64,000 nt of DNA from the human T2T-CHM13v2.0 reference genome, Homo sapiens, in assembly GCF_009914755.1 (NCBI RefSeq), contig NC_060935.1. One strand, 5' to 3'. How positions within the stretch are numbered: the first letter of the stretch is position 1; each line of letters opens with the position of its first letter. Below are positions 57,020 to 64,000 of this stretch, in pieces. The position numbers were made by a program, and so were the translations under genes. The notes under the pieces were generated by a model that searched no databases, had not been told where the DNA came from, and worked only from the letters and a program-made list of their open reading frames with translations.

Positions 57020-59560
57020 TAACAAAAAAAGTCACATATGACAAACACACAGCTAACATCATACTCAATGGTGAAAAGTTGAAAACCCTTTCTCTAAGAT
57101 CAGGAAGAAGACAAAGATATTCACATTTACCACTTCCATTCAACGTAGTTCTGACCAGAGCAATTCGCCAACAAAAAGAAATAAAAGGCATCAAAATTGG
57201 AAAGGAAGAAGTTTAATTGTGCCTGTTTAAAGATGAAATGGTCTTATATACGGAAAACCCTAAAGGATCCACCAAAAATCTTTTAGAACAAATAAACAGA
57301 TTCAAGAAAATTGCAGGATAAAAAAAATCAACATACAAAAATCTGTAGTGTTTCTGTATAACAATAAACCATCTTTAAAAAATAAATAAATTTCCATTTA
57401 AAATTGCTGCAAAAATACTTAGAAATCAATTTAACCGAGTAGGTAAAAAACAAGTACACGTAAAAGTATAACACTTCAACCCGATCAACATGGTGAGACT
57501 ATGTCTCTACAAGAAATTTAAAAAGTTGGCTGGCCATAGTAGCATGTGTCTATACTCCTTGCTTCTTGGAAGTCTGAGGTAGGAGGATTGCTTAAGCCCA
57601 GGAATTTGAGATTATAGTGAGCTATAATTGTGACACTATACTCCAGTCTTGGCTACAGAATGAGATCCTGTCTCAAAAATAACAGCAATAATAACAAATC
57701 TCAAAACTATAAAATATTGATAGGGAAAACTGAAGAAGACAAAAATAAGTAGAAATGTATTTTGAGTTGATGGACTGGAAAATTACTATTATTAAAATGT
57801 CCCTAATACCCAAAGAAATCTAAAGATACAATGCAATTCCTATCAAAATTCTAATGGCAGCTTTTACAAAAATAGAAACAAATCCTAAAATTTATATGGA
57901 ATCACACAAAAAAAAACAAACCCTGAATAGGCAAAGCAATTTTGAGTAAAGGGAACAAAGCTGCAGGCATCGCACTATCTGAGTTCAAAATAGACTACAA
58001 AGTACTACAGTCATCAAAATAGCACAATAGTTGCATAAAAATAGAAACAGAGAGCAAATGAACAGGACAGAAAACCCAGAAATAAACCCAATTATTTACA
58101 TTAATTTGACTTCTCAACAAAGGTTTCATGAACACACAACTGGGAAAGAACAAATTCTTCAATAAATGATATTGGGAAAATTGTAAAACCACATGCAGAA
58201 GAATAAAAATCTCTAAACATATACAAAAATAAACTCAAAATGAGTTAAATATGTAAATGTAAGAACCAAAACTGTGAAACTACTAGAAGAAAACAGAGGG
58301 GAACAGCTTCATAACATTGGTCTAGACAATGATTTTTGGATATGACAGAAAAGGACAGGAAACAAAAGCTAAAATATGCAAATGAAATTACATCAAACTA
58401 AAAAGCTTTTACACAGTCAAAGAAACAATCAAAAGATTAAAGAGATAATCAACAGTATGGTAGAGAAGATTTGCAAACCATACATCTGATAAAGAATTAA
58501 TATGCAAAATACAAAGAACACAAACAATTCAATAGAAGGAAAATAAACTGATTTAGAAATAAGCAAAGGACCAGAATAAACACTTTTCAAAAGAAGACAT
58601 ACAGAGAATATGTATATGAAAAATGATCAACCTCTCTAGCCACCAGGGAAATTGAAGTCACAATGAAATATCACTTTGCACCTGTTGGAATGGCTATTAC
58701 CAAAAAGACAAAAGATAACAAATGGTGGAGAGGATGTAGAAAAAAAGAAACTCTTGTACACTGTTGGTAAAACGTAAATTAGGCCCTGCGCAGTGGCTCA
58801 CGACTGTAATCCCAGCACTTTGTGAGGTTAAGGCGGGCAGATCACCTGAGGTCAGTAGTTCTAGACCAGGCTGGACAACATGGTAAAACCCTGCTTCTAG
58901 TAAAAATACAAAAATTAGCCGAGCGTGGTGGTGGGTGCCTGTAATCTTAGCTACTCATGAGGCAGAGGCAGTAGAATTGCTGGAACCCTAGAGGCGGAGG
59001 TTGCAGTGAGCCTAGATTCCATGACTGCCCTCCAGCCTAGGCAACAGAGTGAGACTCTGTCTCAAAAAAAAAAAAAAAAAAAAAAAGAGTAAATTAGCAT
59101 GGTCTTTATGGAAACCTATATGGAGACACCTCTGAAAGTTAAAAATAGAGCTAAAGATATGATCAAGCAATCCCACTATTAAGTATATATCAAAAATTGG
59201 AAAATCAGTGTCTCGAGGAGATATCTGAACTTCTATTTCCATTGCAGCATTATTCACAATAGCCAAGATATAAAATCAACCTAAATGTCTGTGGACAGAT
59301 TAATAGATGAAGAAAATGTGGATTATATACAAAATGCAACACTATTCAGCTTTTAAATGGAAGTAAATCCTATCGTTTCTGACAATATTGATGAACATGA
59401 AGAACATTATATTAAGTAAAATAAGCCAGGCCAGGCACCAAAACACAAAATATCACATTATCTCACTTATACATAGACTCCAAACAGGTTAAACTCATAA
59501 AAGCAGAAGGTTGTACATAGAAAATATGTACAATGTTTATTTGTCAAATAAATAAATAAG
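57020..59560 (+). mobile_element. L1MA-like (paralog of 11850-14690) with Alu fragment 57480-57690
   Basis: Colinear with the pseudogene copy; ~270 bp of its 3' UTR is missing at ~59510. Confidence 0.85.
58782..59086 (+). mobile_element. AluS, CASP4 only
   Basis: TSD gtaaatta; empty site at ~13935. Confidence 0.9.
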
Positions 59561-60549
59561 TAAATTAAAAGTATGGCCTGAGGTATAATCTACACATTCT
59601 GATGGCATCCATTATATGCTTAAAAGAATAAATAAATCATTCTCAAATTTATGGATTCAGCCCAGATGTGGATGTCGGTATTGAAACCTATACATTCAAT
59701 AGACAATGAGATATCTCAACTACATCTCACAACCTCATTTAACTCAACTTACAAAGATGAACTGTTCATTTTTTCATTTCCATCCTTCATTCTCTTTTCC
59801 ATATACTAGTAAATAATACCTATACTCCAAGTACAAAAGAGCAGCAATACCTGGTGATATTCAACCTCTTTGGCCTTCTCTATGTCTTATTTCCCTTCAT
59901 AATTCACATTGCATCGATTTTATTTGCTAAACATTTTCAGAATCTGACCACTTCTCTCAATTCTAATTGTTCATTACTTCTATTCGGGCCAACATCCTTT
60001 CTTTCTTAAGAAATAAATTCATAAGAACTTTATCAATCTACTCTCCGTCCCTCTATTCTACTCTTTGCAACGAAGAGTGTTCCAATATCTAGATTTGACC
60101 ATGAAAACTTTCAGCCTATTCTAATCTAGGCCTTCTCATTCACTCATTTTCTGATACTGTTCCCACCTTGCTCATTACATTCAAAACGTTCTGCCTTCAT
60201 TTAATTTCTAGAAGGATTCTATTTAGGGGTCTCTGTATTTCCAGCCCCTACCTTCTCATTCATTCTTGTTTTCCTACTGCTGTCTGTCTAACCTTCAAGT
60301 CTCAGATTAGATGGCACCTTTCTCAGGGAATCAAGTCTCTACTTAGGGATCTGTATAGTTTCAGCACCCCCGCTTCTAATTTCTTCTGGTTTTTGAACTG
60401 TTCTCTGTCTATCTGTCTATCTGTCTATCCTTCAAGTATCAGATTAGATGGTATTTTCTTAAGGGAATCCTCTCTGATTCTTCCAGAGGAGACAGCATCA
60501 GAGATATATGCTCCTAGGGCACCTTGTATCTCCTTAGAGTAGCATTTTT

Positions 60550-60873
60550 TTTCCATTTATTTATTTATGTATTTATATATTTTTGTGAGACAGAGTCTCA
60601 CTCTGTCACCCAGGCTGAAGTGCAGTGGTGCTATCTTGGCTCACTGCAATCTCTGCCTCCCGGATTCAAGCGATTCTCCTGCCTCAGCCTTCTGAGTAGC
60701 TAGGACTACAGGTGCACACAACCACGCCTGGCTAATTTTTGTATTTTTAGTAGAGATGGGGATTCACCATGTTGGCCAGGCTGATCTCGAACTCCTGACC
60801 TCAGGTGATCCACCCATCTTGGTCTCCCAAATTGCTGCTATTGGATTACAGGCCTGAGCCACCACATCCAGCC
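60550..60873 (-). mobile_element. AluS, CASP4 only
   Basis: Antisense Alu flanked by tttttccattta; empty site at ~15545. Confidence 0.88.
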
Positions 60874-61102
60874 TTTTTTTTTATTTTTCCATTTAATTGT
60901 GATTCCCAGCCTACTTATCTCTATCCACTGTTAGAATTTATGCTCTGTGAGGACAGGGGCCATGAACTACATCTGCACTATTTTTGGCATTCTTTTTACT
61001 AGTTATTTACTGAATATTTACTAATTATTTACTGAATCAGTAGTCAAGTCCATGTAGGAACAAATGAATAAAACTTATGTGTGGCTCAACTCTTAAGGAA
61101 TA

Positions 61103-64000
61103 TGAAACCACCTTTGCAAAATTATAACTGAGGAAATTACAACAATGAACGAAATCAGACTGGGAAAGCCTTTGTGGCTACCTGCTTGTGGTTTGGTGCC
61201 CCCGCTCCAGCGATGGATCCAGAAGCTAGCCCAAGTAGCCGCCTAGTTCTCTTGGACTGGGGGCTGGCTCTGGTACTCTCTCCACTGGCAGGCACTGCCA
61301 ACCCAATGTGCATGCATTTAATTGCAACGGAGAAATAATCCTGGAGAGATGTCCTCTAACTGTGGCCCTATCACAGGGTTTCCGTCTGTAGCTGCATTGA
61401 AGGGTGTCTGGATTGGTGAGTATCCTAGGTGCTGCCAATGCCTCCTTCCTTCTCCTGACTGGTTCTGTGGCCCCATAGTGGGGTGTCTGTCTGTAGCCCC
61501 ATTGCAGGGTGTTAGGATTGGTGAATCTACTAGGCACTGCTAATGCCTCCTTCCTTCTCTCGACTTGTCTGTAGCTCTATGATGGGGTGTCTGTAGCCCC
61601 ATTGCAGGGTGTCTGTAGCCCCATTGCAGGGTGTCTGTTTGTAGCTCCACCACGGGGTATCTGTTCGGCTCCACTGGGGTCTTGGTTGGCTCTAACTAGT
61701 AGGAAGAGTCTTGGTTCAGGAGACTTGTCCTCAATCAGGACAATTTTGAGATTTCTCAGACAGAGAATAGGAGGATAGTTTGGAAGGGATACTCTTGGAG
61801 TTCCTGTTTAGGGATCATCTGATTTGGAAGGCCTTCTGTCTGTCTCATCTTCGTGTGTGTTTGTATATGTGGAGGGAATCTCAGAAGGAATTGCTGAAGG
61901 AAGTCCAGCAGGCCTAACTCAGAGGACTCTTCTTATTTGGTTACATTCGATGAGCCCTGGAGAAAGTTCAATAGGCCTGTCTCATGGTGACTATCTGCTC
62001 TTTGCCTTACCCAGAGACCCCATTGTGAATTACTGTTCTGAGGTCGTCCCTCCCCACCTGGAGTGGATCAAAGACAACAGGGACGAACAGAAAAAAGTCT
62101 GAGCTTTGCCAGGTTGATATTGGGTGCTGAACGAGGTGACTAGTGTCTGTTTTGTTATGTGAATTCTGCTGGGATAGAAAATGTTAAATGGTTCCCCATG
62201 CAGCTGGTTGGGCAGCATCTTGCATTTTAAGAATCTTGCCTATGTTTCCATAAAACAGAAAATGGTGACTTTTTTCTTGTAAAGTGGCTTGAACCCCACA
62301 ACTATGGTGAGGTGAGCAGGCTGATCAGAAGCCGTTCCGTTCTTCTGGAAGTTACAGAGAAAAGGCACCCAGAAATCTGGTATGCCAGCAAAAAGTGTAA
62401 GAAATTCTTACCAGCTAGGTTTCTGGTCTCTCTCTCTTTCTCCATCTGTGTAAACAGTAAACATCACTATATGTTTCTCTGTAAAGTTTTGATTAATAGA
62501 AAAAAGAATTTACAAGACTAGTCTTAGCCTATAGCAAATCTGGTGTATTTTTGCTAAGAATTTGTCTTTCAGTGTTCTGTAATGGAAAGAGGGGTATCAC
62601 AAGATAGAACATGGGTTTAGGACCCCTATAAGCCTGCTTTTCAAGCCAGCTCAGCAGGCTGGCCAATTATAATGGGTCCCTGAAACCAATACTGTATGAA
62701 ATTTCTCTGTCTTGTTTGGCCTCCTTAAGAGCTTAATCTTGTGACCATATGTGGATACTTCCTTTTGGTTTATACCATCCAGCCCTAAAAATTTTTCTTG
62801 AGCAGTTAAAAGCCTTGGCAAGGTTAAAAGTGGCTTCTCTAGTCTCCTTCTTGGAATAGCAATAGAAACTGCTCAATGCTGTAATTCAGTAGCTAAGACT
62901 TTGCCTTTTGACATAGAGGCTCAGGCTCTATTCTTGGCTTCTGGAACGATTTCCTTCTGGTTTGCTATTTGCATAACTTTGCCATTTAATGAGGTTCCCC
63001 CACAACCCCATGGATAGCTTCTGATTTCCTCTCTTGAATTTTCCTTTCTCTGGACTACCTTGGGGAAATTCTAAATCTTGTAAAAAGAAACTGCTTACCA
63101 CACCTTTGAAGCACCTGGGAAGTTACTTTTGATAAAGTTCAAAAGCCAGAAATGTTGGCCGCATGGCTAAAGTTGGGTAATACGAAATTTAAAAGGATTT
63201 TGTTAAGAGCACTAAGGTTAAAAGTCAGCTTAATTAAAAGTGAATAAACAAGTTATGGATACATTTAAAAGACCTTTATGTTTTTCTCTTCTTGGATCTC
63301 GTTTTTCTGTAAAAGAGGGTTTTTTCTTCTTAGTAAACTGAATTATTTTTCTCCATTTTTTGTCTTGCCACTCTTAATGCACACATAAGAGGCACTAAGA
63401 TAACTTTTGGTAGCCTGAGACTCCTTGAGAAAAACAGAGGAAGCACCACAGACCCCATTTTGGGAAAAACAAACAACAAGAAACAAACAAAAAACCCTCT
63501 GTTTTCTTCATGACAACCAAGGAATTAAAAGTAGATGGATCACTCTCAAAATCAAAGGCTCTGTTCTGTTTTGCATTGTGTTATCTGACAGTTTGAATTT
63601 TGGGGATATCAGAAATTACTTTGCATTATGAGATAGCTTTGGTATGTAATAACTAGGTAGGAAATATACTTTAAGGGATGGCTAATAGTATTTTCAGAGG
63701 GAAACTTGGCTCTTCGCACACTTGGGTCAGAGAAGCATGCTCTGGGCCACCTGGAAGATACGGAAACATCCCCATGCCTGACTGAGAGATGAGACTTCCA
63801 TGGGGGATGGGCTGATTTCAAAATGGGTTGATTGGCTTTAGGTTGCCTTGCAATAAAATGCAGGTTAGAAGCACTGCACTCTCTTCTCCAGTAGTATTTC
63901 CTTCCTTTTGGGGATCTGGGATCCAGTATAAAATGGCATCCTTCATTTTGGAGATCTGTCTTTGCCTTCAGCTGTGCCTGCTTATTTAGCTTGGAAAAAA
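61103..64000 (+). mobile_element. ERV1 LTR8/HUERS-P1-like element (short LTR stub then internal leader); runs off the window
   Basis: Begins tgaaaccacctttgcaaaattataactgaggaaatt (recalled LTR8/8A start) exactly where paralog homology stops; GC-richer leader with tandem repeats. Confidence 0.75.
61360..61680 (+). repeat. Nested tandem repeats in the ERV leader (~105 bp x2 plus 22-bp gtgtctgtagccccattgcagg units)
   Basis: Direct reading of repeated ggattggtga...cctccttccttctc and tctgtagccccattgcagggtg blocks. Confidence 0.85.

Noticed and set aside
61360-61680. CRISPR-like repeat array
   Set aside because: Eukaryotic ERV leader tandem repeats with no unique spacers and no cas genes.

Overview
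Primate (almost certainly human) genomic DNA from the inflammatory caspase cluster. The window holds two tandem paralogous units, both on the - strand. (1) ~154-18300 is an unprocessed CASP4-like pseudogene (matches what I recall as CASP4LP/LOC643733). It keeps exon 1, a promoter-like region, the terminal exon and the polyA signal. It has lost the whole CARD exon (3.24 kb deletion) and the QACRG catalytic-cysteine half of exon 5 (619 bp deletion), and carries two nonsense codons, a frameshift and a dead splice acceptor. (2) ~42958 to beyond the window end is intact CASP4: exons 2-9 with all GT-AG junctions resolved. With a 7-nt coding exon 1 outside the window, the CDS is 1134 nt = 377 aa. Between the units, ~18 kb of nested L1/Alu insertions, including two head-to-head full-length L1PA elements, sit inside one ~250 bp Tigger4-type DNA transposon. 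An LTR8/HUERS-P1-like ERV with a collapsed 5' LTR occupies CASP4 intron 1 at the right end. I found no wholly new gene system. The most promising leads are a 99-nt poison/alternative exon in CASP4 intron 1, a possible intronic-polyA CARD-only CASP4 decoy isoform, the mechanism of the pseudogene's deletions, and a perfect 127-bp duplication inside an old L1. Repeat subfamily names and locus identity come from recalled consensus sequences, not database searches.
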